From positions 1,674-65,673 of the forward strand of contig CAZPCY010000004.1 in NCBI GenBank assembly GCA_964585295.1: a stretch of DNA of 64,000 bases, written 5' to 3'. The position numbers and the translations under genes are program-made. The notes beneath the pieces are model-generated. The model saw only the letters and a list, made by a program, of their open reading frames with translations. It was not told where the DNA came from and ran no database searches. The stretch comes from an uncultured Candidatus Poseidoniales archaeon (GTDB lineage: Archaea > Thermoplasmatota > Poseidoniia > Poseidoniales > Thalassarchaeaceae). The stretch's first letter is position 1; the number at the start of each line of letters is the position of its first letter. This document shows, in pieces, positions 1-9,802 of the stretch.

Positions 1-69
1 CTGGGAGCGGAACGGATACCACAACCGCGGGGATCCTTGGGGCGAGGAGAGATACGCCTACCAGGAGTG

Positions 70-1245
70 ATGCGCGTGCCGGCTTCTGACCGCGCCCACA
101 TCCCTTTGTTCCTGATATTCCTCTCGCTCACCCTAGCCGGTTGTAACAGCCCATTCCCGGATTCTGAGGACATCTCGGTAGAAGAGTCGATAGCATCGAC
201 GGTGGAACGCGGAATCGCTGACGGATCCCTGCTAGATCTTGAGGCGATGGTATTGGCCGAGGACAGGTTCTCGATGCGGGTTCGTGAGGTCACTGGTTCA
301 ATCCAAGCGAACGCTACATTCGCCTACGATCGAAACGAGAACATCTCATTGATAGGTCTGATTTACGCATCCCCATACCAGAGCGTCTCATTCACCATCA
401 TAGAAGGTGGAGAGACGTACGCCATCGAGCGGGATGGGAACTGGAGCATTGGTCGCGACCTATCTCCTTCCTTCCATGACCCATTCTCCTTCGAGAGCCC
501 CGAAGATCAATCTCCCTCGTCGGTTTCCATGCCGGCCGCGGAACTGCCCGCCGATGTCGCGGACCTCCGTTCGCTCGATTGGAGCATATCACACGACGCC
601 GACAGCGGTCAAATCGTCGCGATGGCCGACAACGATACCGCGACCATCATACTGGAGTTCTCCTCCGGGGTCGAGGGAGTCCACATCGTCTCGATGGAAG
701 CGTTCGGATCCAGCGACTCATACACAAGGATCGTCAGGTTCGATCGGGGAGGGAAGGTCGTCATCGCACTGCCGAACGAAGCCCCGAGGATGGCCTTCCC
801 ACTGCTGATGGAGAGCCATTCGGGCAGCGCAGAGGATGGGGATTTCATCACCAGCGGCGAGATGTCTCCCTCGTTCCGTTGGGAGGTCGATCCATCCGAT
901 GTGACCTTGGAGGTGGTCGAAGAATTGGATGGGGTCCAGACGGTCATCGCCTCGCTGCTTCTTTCAGATGAATCGACGAGCATCGTCGATTCCGACGGAT
1001 CAAACTGGACCGCTTCTTGGTCGGATACCGATGATGATGGCCTCGTAAGCGCTGGTGATGGCTATAATATTAGGACCGATTCTAATCGCTCCTTCCGGGT
1101 CCGATTCAACGATTCATGGGCGGGTGCATACGCGATCGATCCACTCTCCGCCCCCGGCTTACCATCGATTGTCATCGCGATATCTCTCGCACACCTCGCA
1201 ACCTTCGTGCGGAGACGTGAGGTCGATTCGTCAGGTACTCGCTAA
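70..1245 (+). CDS. Secreted/surface lipoprotein-like protein with C-terminal membrane anchor
   Basis: Hydrophobic N-terminus ending in lipobox LAGC; acidic beta-rich body; DTDDDGLVSAGD Ca-binding-like loop; C-terminal APGLP + TM + RRR. ATG at 70 follows a GGAG SD. Confidence 0.6.
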   Translation: MRVPASDRAHIPLFLIFLSLTLAGCNSPFPDSEDISVEESIASTVERGIADGSLLDLEAMVLAEDRFSMRVREVTGSIQANATFAYDRNENISLIGLIYASPYQSVSFTIIEGGETYAIERDGNWSIGRDLSPSFHDPFSFESPEDQSPSSVSMPAAELPADVADLRSLDWSISHDADSGQIVAMADNDTATIILEFSSGVEGVHIVSMEAFGSSDSYTRIVRFDRGGKVVIALPNEAPRMAFPLLMESHSGSAEDGDFITSGEMSPSFRWEVDPSDVTLEVVEELDGVQTVIASLLLSDESTSIVDSDGSNWTASWSDTDDDGLVSAGDGYNIRTDSNRSFRVRFNDSWAGAYAIDPLSAPGLPSIVIAISLAHLATFVRRREVDSSGTR

Positions 1246-2913
1246 TCAAGCGGTCGCGGCAGATAAATCGCACCGATCGGCCAAAGTGGAATCGGAACGG
1301 AGGATGCGCCAACCATCCGGCAGCACGGTCGCATCTTCATTCTCAGGCATGACCTCCTGCCAATGCTCTCCGACCTCTTCTTCGACCTCTGGAGCTAGCA
1401 CTAGAACTGCTACGTTCGCGAGGTCCCCTTGGTGTTCTCTCACAGTGCAGTTCTCGATCTCGTCCACCCAAGTGGTCTCCACCGCTCTCCAATGTCCGGT
1501 GATGTTCCTCGTTCCATTCGCGTCGACACCCATGTGCAGAAGGTACAGCCTGCTCATGCTAGCGTAGGTGCGGGTGACTAGTAGGAACTCCTCTTCATCC
1601 TCGATCACCTCTCCGAGGGCGATTGATGCATCCTCCCCTCTTTTGTCTGGGGTGAAGGTCGGTCCGATAGCTGCTGCGGAAGAGAGGGGGAGCATCAACA
1701 GAGCGACGAAGACCACCCTTGCCCTCCTGCTTCTCAGGTCGAGGAATGGAGCCGGTGCGGAATCGGGCGCCGGCTCATCTGCCTCGTCCTTAGGAAGTGT
1801 CTCGACCAGCCATTGGGCTGGAATAATCAGCAGCGACATGTAACGGCCGTTAATCGCATACGCTGACATCGTCCAGAGGAGTCCCATTCCGTAGATCGAT
1901 CCCTCGTAGGCCCAGAAGGAGGCGTTGAGGACGATGATGACGGTCATTGGGATGAGAAGTGCCATCCATAGGTGGAGGCCACCATTGGGCAGACCTTGAC
2001 CGATCGCCCTTCTGAAAGCGCTGAGATGTGGCCAGAGGAAGAGGCCGAAGATGCCCCAGACGCCAGCGAATATCAAGGTGCTGAAAGCGAGGGCGGGCAG
2101 AAGCGACCACGGCTGTCGAACTGATTCAGACATCGACCATCCAGGGGATGGATTGAGCCAAGCATCGACGAGCATGGCGCCACCTAGCATTACGCTAACG
2201 GCGACGCCGGCCGCGAACCAACGCTTCTCTATGAAATCGCGCCATCGCGTGGATATTTCGAGTGGCACAACCCAAGCGAGTGCGGCGATGCCGACCATGA
2301 TAGGCAGCATCGGTCCCGTGCCCTTGGTCGAGCCGAAGAGGGCGAGAGCACCTCCACACAGCAGCCAATTCGTTGGCATCCTACCCTCGCGACGTTGTTC
2401 GATTCCTTTGAGCAACGCGTCGCATGCTATGAGCATCAGGAGAGCCATCAACTCCTCCTGATAGACGTAGGATGCGCCGAGGATGAAGGCGGGATGGATG
2501 GCAATCATGGCGGTCAGTCTGATCGCCGCATCCTCACCGAAGCGTCGCTTGGTGATTCCATAGGAGATGATCATCAGAAGGGCGGACATGGCCAGAGCAC
2601 TGGTGTGTAGGACGAAGCCGCTGCGGCCGAACGGGATAATCCATATCAGAAGCCACAGATGCCATGCGATGTATCGAAGTCCGATCTCAGCACCGACTCC
2701 ACCTGGGTCCGATGCGAGGGGATTCCAGGGGTTGCGATTCGGCCCCCAGTCGAGGGCGAACACGCCGTGTTGGAGGAAGTTGGTGACATATGTCGCATGC
2801 AGATGCGTATCGACACCCACGTTCGACACCAAGGAGCCGATCAGACGCAGAGCAATGCCAACCACGATCAGGCGGCGCCAGAATCGCTGACTGTCGGTCA
2901 ATTCTAGCCGCAT
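1246..2913 (-). CDS. Polytopic membrane protein, GT-C fold (PMT/ArnT-like) glycosyltransferase-like
   Basis: About 11-13 TM segments, Asp in the first outer loop (GVDTHLH), YQEE and NGRY motifs, soluble C-terminal domain; AGGAGG SD before ATG 2913. Confidence 0.55.
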   Translation of the reverse strand: MRLELTDSQRFWRRLIVVGIALRLIGSLVSNVGVDTHLHATYVTNFLQHGVFALDWGPNRNPWNPLASDPGGVGAEIGLRYIAWHLWLLIWIIPFGRSGFVLHTSALAMSALLMIISYGITKRRFGEDAAIRLTAMIAIHPAFILGASYVYQEELMALLMLIACDALLKGIEQRREGRMPTNWLLCGGALALFGSTKGTGPMLPIMVGIAALAWVVPLEISTRWRDFIEKRWFAAGVAVSVMLGGAMLVDAWLNPSPGWSMSESVRQPWSLLPALAFSTLIFAGVWGIFGLFLWPHLSAFRRAIGQGLPNGGLHLWMALLIPMTVIIVLNASFWAYEGSIYGMGLLWTMSAYAINGRYMSLLIIPAQWLVETLPKDEADEPAPDSAPAPFLDLRSRRARVVFVALLMLPLSSAAAIGPTFTPDKRGEDASIALGEVIEDEEEFLLVTRTYASMSRLYLLHMGVDANGTRNITGHWRAVETTWVDEIENCTVREHQGDLANVAVLVLAPEVEEEVGEHWQEVMPENEDATVLPDGWRILRSDSTLADRCDLSAATA

Positions 2914-3121
2914 GGCACAGCCTCCTGACGCCGGCTCGGCTCGGCCCCCCTTTTCAAGGCCACGCCGATGATCAGGTCTCGTGTACCGACTGTGTTTCAA
3001 CGCACTGCATTCCATCGCTAGTCGTCACATTCCTTCGCTTGGATGTATTCCAAAGGTGGAATCCGGGCGGTTTGGGTGACGGGATAAACTAGTTGATGCA
3101 GAGGCGGCCCAACGAGCGCCG

Positions 3122-4648
3122 ATGCGCCGCATGACATACTGTCCCACCTGTGGGGGAGTATTCAACGAAGAGGCGGGATTCTGCCCGAAGTGCGACTTGG
3201 ATGACTCCGAAGGAGCCTCCGAGATTCCCCCTCTCGCCGACCTCTGGGACCTCTCGTTCGCGGATTTGCAAGCGCTCGCCGAGCGACAAGGGGTGCGCGG
3301 ATATCGACGACTCACGCAGAAGAGTCTCATCTGGCAATTGGACCAGATGAGGCTGGAGCAGGTGCAGAATGCGGCCGAAGAGACCGCTGCAAGGGAACTA
3401 GAAGAGGCGATTGAGCAATGGACGGCAGCGTTCGTCGATGCAGCCCACTCGCGTGACGTGGAGGCCGCTCAGGCTGCCTACGATGGCTTGAGCCAGTGTA
3501 CGGATGACATCCACGAGGACATCGTGGTGACGATGGAATGGCTGCTTCTCCCCTCCGTCATCGCGGCCGCGCTTACGGTAGAGGACATCCCACCTCTCGC
3601 ATTCCAAATCGACGACGCCGAGGTGCAGCAGGCCGCGCACGCCATGATTGAGATGATTGGCTACCGAGATGAGGTTCGTGAAATGCTGCAAGAGGTCGCC
3701 AAATCGACCGACGTCGAGCAACATCTACTCGGCCATGAGGACCATGTGATACGCAGCCTTGCGGAGGAGAGAAGAGACGATCTCCGCAAGTTGGAGGCTG
3801 CTCAAGCCGAGGTGGAAGCCGCGCAGGATGAGGCGATCCAGATTAGGAGAGAGCGGATCGCGAGCCTCGATGCCGCCAATGACTTTGAGTCGTTCCCAGA
3901 GCACCTGCTAGAGGTAGATGATCGGGAGGTGAGGAGCCATGCCAAGTCCCGATGGAATACGTTGGAGGAGAAGTTCGCCATGCTGGAGTTGGTGAGTGAG
4001 GCGACGGAACTCGATACAATTGCTGACGCTCTCAATCACGACGATGAAGAGGTGGTCCGCGCCGCCGAGACGAAGCGTCGCGCTCTGCTGCGCAGCAACA
4101 AGCGCGACCTCCTACGCAGGATTGAGAACAGTATCCTAGCGGCTGATCTGCCGGCCGATGCCATCGATCACAGCGACGAAGAGGTGCGAGCCGCCGCAGC
4201 GATGAAGTTGGAGTACCTGCGAGGAGTCGAAGCAACCGTCGACTCGATCTCGTCCATCTACTCATCAGAACCCCTCGAAGATTTGCTGGAGCATGAGCAT
4301 GTCCGGGTTCGTGAGGCGGCGAGGTTGCGATTGCGGATTCTCGACGAGATTCCCGACCGTATCCGTCAGCGTGGCGAACGCTCATCCCGCCTGATCAAGA
4401 TGGTTGACGAGATCGCAGCGGAATGGCACACTGAGGCGGAGGAGAGTCGTGCGGCCGAGGAGAAGGCACTGGGCATGGCCGACAGCGTCGGATTCTCTCT
4501 AGGGGATTCCGTCGATGTCGATTACATAGGACAGAGATTCATTGGGGAGGTTCAGGGATTCACAGCTGATGGAGAGTTTGTCGAGGTGAAGCATTCCGAG
4601 ACCGGCATGGTATGGCCGGTGCCTTTTGACTGCGTCAAACCGGTGTAA
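3122..4648 (+). CDS. Hypothetical multidomain protein: Zn ribbon + Rho-N/HeH-like + HEAT-like repeats + Tudor/SH3-like C-terminus
   Basis: CPTC..CPKC; LSFADLQALAERQGVRGYRRLTQKSLI; repeated LxHxDxxVRxAA; C-terminal FSLGDSVDV..GEV..VEV..VP. Start may be 3131. Confidence 0.6.
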   Translation: MRRMTYCPTCGGVFNEEAGFCPKCDLDDSEGASEIPPLADLWDLSFADLQALAERQGVRGYRRLTQKSLIWQLDQMRLEQVQNAAEETAARELEEAIEQWTAAFVDAAHSRDVEAAQAAYDGLSQCTDDIHEDIVVTMEWLLLPSVIAAALTVEDIPPLAFQIDDAEVQQAAHAMIEMIGYRDEVREMLQEVAKSTDVEQHLLGHEDHVIRSLAEERRDDLRKLEAAQAEVEAAQDEAIQIRRERIASLDAANDFESFPEHLLEVDDREVRSHAKSRWNTLEEKFAMLELVSEATELDTIADALNHDDEEVVRAAETKRRALLRSNKRDLLRRIENSILAADLPADAIDHSDEEVRAAAAMKLEYLRGVEATVDSISSIYSSEPLEDLLEHEHVRVREAARLRLRILDEIPDRIRQRGERSSRLIKMVDEIAAEWHTEAEESRAAEEKALGMADSVGFSLGDSVDVDYIGQRFIGEVQGFTADGEFVEVKHSETGMVWPVPFDCVKPV

Positions 4649-4663
4649 TCCGACGCCACCCAT

Positions 4664-7600
4664 TCATGAATCGCTTCGACGCTTGCGGCGAATCGGCCGC
4701 TTCCGGCCACCTCCGCCCTTCCGTCGCACGGTTCTACGCGCACCCTCGCGCTTCTTCGACTCCTCTGCCTTCGCCGCTCCCTCTACCAGACTGACCGAGG
4801 AAGCGAGATCCTTCCCAAGCAGCCTGCCGAGAGCTCCAATTGAGTCCGGACGCCTCTCCGATTCCTTCCACCAAGATTGCTCGTAGATCTTTGTTCTAGC
4901 GGGTTTTGCTTTCTGTAGAGTCCGCCGTCGCTCATCGATTAGATCGAGGAACTCACGCTGCCTCGTACGCTCCAGTTTTTCGGCCAGCCAGCCGGGAAGG
5001 CCGATGTCGTAGACGACGCCTCGCACCCTGATTAGGATCCCGCTCAACAGCAGATGGGTGCCGACGGGAAGTCCATTGGGATCGAATCTGATTTTGCTCC
5101 TCCGCATCCTCTTCGCCAATTTGACCATCGCCGTCTGATCCCGGTGGGTGATGACTGTTTCCTGGCTTTTCTGCACGCGAAGCAGGAAGATATGACCGCC
5201 GACTAGGGTCATCGCAGTGAGGAAACCCGGTGTTAAGTCACCGAGCGTGAAACCGATCGCCACGCCTATTCCGACCCAGATGGGCATCAGGAGAACATAG
5301 TGGAACAACGACTCTCTCTCGGTCTGTCGGAGGCTTGGCTGCAAGCCTCGATCAATCGCTTGGTCGCCTACTAGCAGCATGTTGGCCGACAGCACCTCGT
5401 CCTCTCCGCCGCTCGCGTGCATTGCTGCAACCGGGTTGACTGGAGCCGAGTCTATCCACTCCTTCATCGATTCACCATCTCCGGTGACCAGCGCTGGTTC
5501 GATTTCACTGGAGTCGACCTCGTGTCCTAGAATCGCTCCGAGTGCTACCACTCTCGGATCGGCTCCAGCGTCGCGCGCTAGTGCGCGATGGATCTCCAAC
5601 GCGCTGTGCGAATCCTCAGGCATCGCGATACCATCGATGAGACAGAGCGCAAGGGCTATCCTAGCACCCACATGGGAGGGCTCGGCCTTGACCGCCGTCA
5701 CTGCCTCACCGAACGCCTCAACCCCTCTGCGCTGCATCCGGAGCAGGGCTATCGACGAGAGTCTGCTACGCATGGATATCATCGGATCATCGATGGTTTT
5801 TCCCTCGTCCCATGCCTCCCACTCCGGAAGTCGTTTCATGACGTTGCGAAGATGGACGAGTGAGGGGTGGCGAGCGTGGCTCTTTCTTAGATTCTGACTT
5901 ACCTGACCTCGCCACGGATCGAGGAATTCAGTTAACATCATGAGCACCTCGACATCCTCGTCGCATTCCTCCTCCGGAATCTCGTAGAGGATCCGCTTCG
6001 CCGCATCCAATCGTCTAGTCGCGAGGTACGATGCAGCCAGCACCAAGCGCGGTTCGATGCCTGCTCCACCCTGCTGAGCGAGCAGCGACCTAGCCTCTTT
6101 CATTGCCGCTGGCCAAAGGCCACGAATGGCTAATTCGATCATTCTCGCCCTCGTCTTCTCCATCCGGACCACCGCTTCGTCACCGGCCAGCGGCGCGTCT
6201 TGGAAGAGGCGGAGGGCGTTGATGTCCTCACGGCACGCCGATTCGTGGATCATCGCGGTCATCCATTCACCCGCCCCCTCAAGGGTAGATTCCTCGCGTC
6301 GTTCCTCAGGAGATAGGTCGAACGACATGCCACGCAGTTGCTTCAGACGAGGGAGGCTCAGCATCCAGATGACGAGGAAGACGGCCTGACCGACAGCGAT
6401 GAATGACCAGGTGGCAAGGAGGATTACCGGCTCTGTGAATCCCTTCGCCTCCAAGGTCGAGGCGTACGGCATCAGCGATGAGAACTCCTTGTAGCAGACC
6501 AGAACCAAGAGCAGGACGGTGTAGCCGCTAAATCCTGCGAACGAGAAGTAGAGCAGCCTTGCTTGCACGCTTTTCTCAGCTCGAATCTCGTGTGGGGTGG
6601 AGAGGACCAATCCTCCGAATCCGGAGAACGTCTGGCCGCCAATGAAGAGGTTGCGGATTAGTTCGAAAATGAAAGCTAGTCCGACGATGGCGATATTCAT
6701 CGACAGGAAGGTGGCCAAAACAATAGGCACTGCCTTCAACCACTGGAACTGCTCTATCAGATCTTGCAGATTCACTGCTTCTATGAATCCCCAACCCAAC
6801 AATCCGCCATAGTTCAGGATGTTCTCAGACGTCTCTGATGCTGGGTCTCCCAAGGTGACGTAGAGGACCGTCAAAAGGCCGTTCAGAGCCGTGATCGGCA
6901 TGGTACTGAGGAAGAACACCAAAACGGCTGAGTTCAGTCTGGTCAGACGGGTTGACTCGGATGGGTCGATTGGTGTCCTCTCTCCTTTGTACGAACGCCA
7001 CTTGTTGAGAAGAAGCATGTTCCAAGAGGCGCCGAGGATTCTGCCATAGGCGAGGACCGTTGGAGACATGAAGATCAGTGAGGCGTAGACGATCCAGGAG
7101 GCGCGATCCTCGGGGAACCTGTTCCAACCGTAGACGAGGACGAATGAGGTCAGGACAATCAGGATGATCATCTGGGCGAATCGCGAGACGATTCTCATCA
7201 CGAAGGATCCCGACCCCTGCTCTCCCGATTCGCTGGAGAGTTGGGCTGACAGCGTCTCCAGTGGCGAATAGAGGACTGGAAGGGAGATCAGTACTAGCAT
7301 CAGGTAGACCGACGCGGAATGGTAGGTTGTCGGCATGACGAGGAGTTCGGCGATTAGGATCAGAACTCCTGCCATGGCCATTAGATAGGCGGTTACACCA
7401 ATGCCGACGCGAGGCAGTGAGAGAAGCCTCTTTGCGTCCGCCCGGTCCTTCGTCAGTCGGTGTACCTCGTAGAGGTCGTCATCGACTTCAAATGCAACCT
7501 GTAGGGATGAGAGGGAAGTGGGTAGCAACAGTCGCCAGAGAACGGGGACCGCGATGGCAGCTAGGATGATGGGAAGGAACAGAATCGGTTCGAAACCGAC

Positions 7601-7702
7601 GGCTATAATCGCATCCTCCGCCGCGACTCCCGGGAGGAATGCGGAGCAAGCGAGGACTCCGGTGAGCAGGTAGAGGCTACTCCGTCCGAGCGAGCGCAGC
7701 AT
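4664..7702 (-). CDS. Large polytopic membrane protein with TPR-like helical domain
   Basis: About 1010 aa; many TM segments in the N-terminal half, Ala/Leu-rich helical middle, two more TMs, basic C-terminal tail. Confidence 0.65.
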   Translation of the reverse strand: MLRSLGRSSLYLLTGVLACSAFLPGVAAEDAIIAVGFEPILFLPIILAAIAVPVLWRLLLPTSLSSLQVAFEVDDDLYEVHRLTKDRADAKRLLSLPRVGIGVTAYLMAMAGVLILIAELLVMPTTYHSASVYLMLVLISLPVLYSPLETLSAQLSSESGEQGSGSFVMRIVSRFAQMIILIVLTSFVLVYGWNRFPEDRASWIVYASLIFMSPTVLAYGRILGASWNMLLLNKWRSYKGERTPIDPSESTRLTRLNSAVLVFFLSTMPITALNGLLTVLYVTLGDPASETSENILNYGGLLGWGFIEAVNLQDLIEQFQWLKAVPIVLATFLSMNIAIVGLAFIFELIRNLFIGGQTFSGFGGLVLSTPHEIRAEKSVQARLLYFSFAGFSGYTVLLLVLVCYKEFSSLMPYASTLEAKGFTEPVILLATWSFIAVGQAVFLVIWMLSLPRLKQLRGMSFDLSPEERREESTLEGAGEWMTAMIHESACREDINALRLFQDAPLAGDEAVVRMEKTRARMIELAIRGLWPAAMKEARSLLAQQGGAGIEPRLVLAASYLATRRLDAAKRILYEIPEEECDEDVEVLMMLTEFLDPWRGQVSQNLRKSHARHPSLVHLRNVMKRLPEWEAWDEGKTIDDPMISMRSRLSSIALLRMQRRGVEAFGEAVTAVKAEPSHVGARIALALCLIDGIAMPEDSHSALEIHRALARDAGADPRVVALGAILGHEVDSSEIEPALVTGDGESMKEWIDSAPVNPVAAMHASGGEDEVLSANMLLVGDQAIDRGLQPSLRQTERESLFHYVLLMPIWVGIGVAIGFTLGDLTPGFLTAMTLVGGHIFLLRVQKSQETVITHRDQTAMVKLAKRMRRSKIRFDPNGLPVGTHLLLSGILIRVRGVVYDIGLPGWLAEKLERTRQREFLDLIDERRRTLQKAKPARTKIYEQSWWKESERRPDSIGALGRLLGKDLASSVSLVEGAAKAEESKKREGARRTVRRKGGGGRKRPIRRKRRSDS

Positions 7703-7854
7703 CGTTGGGACCCCGGTACCGTACGATGAGGCCCCGGTCACGATATGTAGCAATCGCCTGCGGCGTCCATCGTTGCCTCGTCGGCAGGATTAGTGGGAGG
7801 TGGCGGAGGACCGAACGGCGCCGCATTCATCCACCCACACCATGTGCCACGTCT

Positions 7855-8286
7855 ATGTCAGAACCTCAGACCATGTCAGAACGTCCTGGTCCAACCGCGA
7901 TTTCCGAGGCCCTTGGGATTTCGTTGGACCGATTCGGGGGCGGCACCGCCTCGGTCCTTTGCAAGGTCAAGGAAGAACACGCCAACCAAGGTGGGACCGC
8001 CCACGGTGCTCTAATTGCATCAATGATGGACATGGCTCTTGGAGCGGCGCTAATTTCCGATCTGCGGATTGAGGAATGGTGCGCGACGGCGCAGTTGGAT
8101 GTCTCTTTCCTAGACGCCGCGCTCGTCGGGCGGACGTTGACAGGTGAGGGTAGGGTAGTTAGGCGCGGGCGCACGATCGCCCATCTGGAAGGAGAGGTCG
8201 TCGATGATGAAGGAACCTGCATCGCTACGGCGAAGGGTGTTTGGGCGATATGGAGCAGGCAGCCATCCAAGTTCCCAGCGCCGTGA
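7855..8286 (+). CDS. PaaI-family (hot-dog fold) thioesterase
   Basis: HANQGGTAHGALIASMMD motif, T-x-QLDVSFL, GRVVRRGRTIA. Confidence 0.9.
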   Translation: MSEPQTMSERPGPTAISEALGISLDRFGGGTASVLCKVKEEHANQGGTAHGALIASMMDMALGAALISDLRIEEWCATAQLDVSFLDAALVGRTLTGEGRVVRRGRTIAHLEGEVVDDEGTCIATAKGVWAIWSRQPSKFPAP

Positions 8287-8345
8287 CGGGCGTCTTTGCC
8301 GAGCAAGGGTTGATTTGGAAGTGCTCAGGTGGTTGCACCAAAGGG

Positions 8346-8693
8346 ATGAGTAGCATGGGGAAGGAGGGTTCCAGCATGTGGCTCTTCTTGGGCCTGATTC
8401 AACTCTTTCTCGGCATGAGCGTCGATGTGGCGGTTCTCCAGTGGCTATTCGGGTCCAGCGGTGCGGGGTTCATGGTGCTCGCTGGTTACTTCATGCTGAG
8501 CAAGAGTCCAGGGGCAAAGGACTTCGTGAGTGAATACAACAAGGATGAGCGTTCGGCGATTTCTCGCAACAACGATGGTCAACTGGTTGATATACCCATT
8601 AAGGGCAATAATCAGGGATTCCAGCGGCTCCTTACTATAATCTGGTTCTTCCTGTTGATCTTCGGCCTTTTCTGGAAAGGAATGGGCAGCTGA
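8346..8693 (+). CDS. Small hypothetical membrane protein
   Basis: Three hydrophobic segments; fills the gap in a co-oriented gene run. Confidence 0.55.
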   Translation: MSSMGKEGSSMWLFLGLIQLFLGMSVDVAVLQWLFGSSGAGFMVLAGYFMLSKSPGAKDFVSEYNKDERSAISRNNDGQLVDIPIKGNNQGFQRLLTIIWFFLLIFGLFWKGMGS

Positions 8694-8702
8694 GGTGATT
8701 GT

Positions 8703-8954
8703 CTGGCCGATCGCGTCGATCGAGTTCTGGACCAGCCATCCTACGAGATGCTCGGTGGTTACTACATTCTCTACCGTCGAGTCGTGCTGCTCATCTTCCT
8801 GCTCTTGGTCTTCCTTCTCTCGATGGAGGCAACTGGTGGAAACTCCGTGTTCGCCGCCATTGTGACTGGTGGTTCAATCGGCCCGTTCTTCCTACTTGAG
8901 CAGAGGATTGCGCTTTCTCTGGCGGCTAGAAGAGACCGCGAGTCTGGAGAATGA
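8703..8954 (+). CDS. Small hypothetical membrane protein (possible CTG start; first ATG at 8748)
   Basis: Two hydrophobic segments; GAGGTG SD at 8692-8697 lies 5 nt before an in-frame CTG. Confidence 0.45.
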   Translation: MADRVDRVLDQPSYEMLGGYYILYRRVVLLIFLLLVFLLSMEATGGNSVFAAIVTGGSIGPFFLLEQRIALSLAARRDRESGE

Positions 8955-9060
8955 AGCCCCGGCAATCCCGGAGATTCTCCATTCGCCTGAGTAGTGCCCG
9001 TTGCCTCGTCATTCGGCCGAACAGGTCAAAGGGGTCGCCCGTACTCCCTACCCCGATCAC

Positions 9061-9690
9061 ATGTCCGAACTGCTCGAATTCATCGGTCTGTCCGGATCAA
9101 GTGGCCTTGAACTCATGTTCGGGGTTTCTGCCTTAATCGGTGGATTGCTTTTCTTAATCTGGTTCGTCTTGATGATGGTCGGAGGAGCCGTGGCTGATAT
9201 CGGCGGAGATGTATTCGGAGCCGATATAGGCCTCGACACGGATCTCTCGTTCAAGGCCCTCACATTCCAGGGCATCAGCGCCTTCACCATGATGTTCGGA
9301 TTGATTGGTCTGGCGATAGTCCGCAGCACCGACAACACCGCCTTCGCAATCGTCGGTGGCACGATCAGCGGCGGTCTCTCGATGTGGGTGATTGGCAAGC
9401 TCTTTGAGGGATTCATGATGTTGCAGGTGGAGGGGAACCTTAGCCTCGACGAGGCGGTTGGGTCACGTGGGACCGTCTACATGAGAATCTCTCAGGGAGG
9501 GACTGGGCAGGTGCAGGTTACCATTCAGGATCAACTGCGGACGCTGGATGCCATCAGTGAGGATGGAGAGGAGATCAAGACCGGGAGTTACATCGAGGTG
9601 ATCGGTGTAATCGCGGGCACCATGCAGGTGAGGCCGCTGACCGGAAGGGAAGCGAAGGAGAAGGCCCGAGATGGGTCCGTGAAGGAATGA
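9061..9690 (+). CDS. NfeD-like (YuaF-type) membrane protein, flotillin partner
   Basis: N-terminal TMs with F..FG.G motif; C-terminal OB-like VGSRGTVYMRI..GTGQVQV..DAIS..I..G..IEV; directly upstream of a flotillin gene. Confidence 0.85.
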   Translation: MSELLEFIGLSGSSGLELMFGVSALIGGLLFLIWFVLMMVGGAVADIGGDVFGADIGLDTDLSFKALTFQGISAFTMMFGLIGLAIVRSTDNTAFAIVGGTISGGLSMWVIGKLFEGFMMLQVEGNLSLDEAVGSRGTVYMRISQGGTGQVQVTIQDQLRTLDAISEDGEEIKTGSYIEVIGVIAGTMQVRPLTGREAKEKARDGSVKE

Positions 9691-9802
9691 TGGCAGTCGC
9701 TATTACGCCTTATCTTTGACATAACTCCTCGTTCGCTAAAGGTCATGGAGTGTCCGCCGGAGGCACCACATTGATACGCACGCGCACGCGTCCTACGCCT
9801 AG

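Noticed and set aside
8691..8693. Selenocysteine or readthrough at an in-frame TGA joining two small membrane ORFs
   Set aside because: No redox motif or SECIS-like evidence; an SD overlapping the stop explains re-initiation better.
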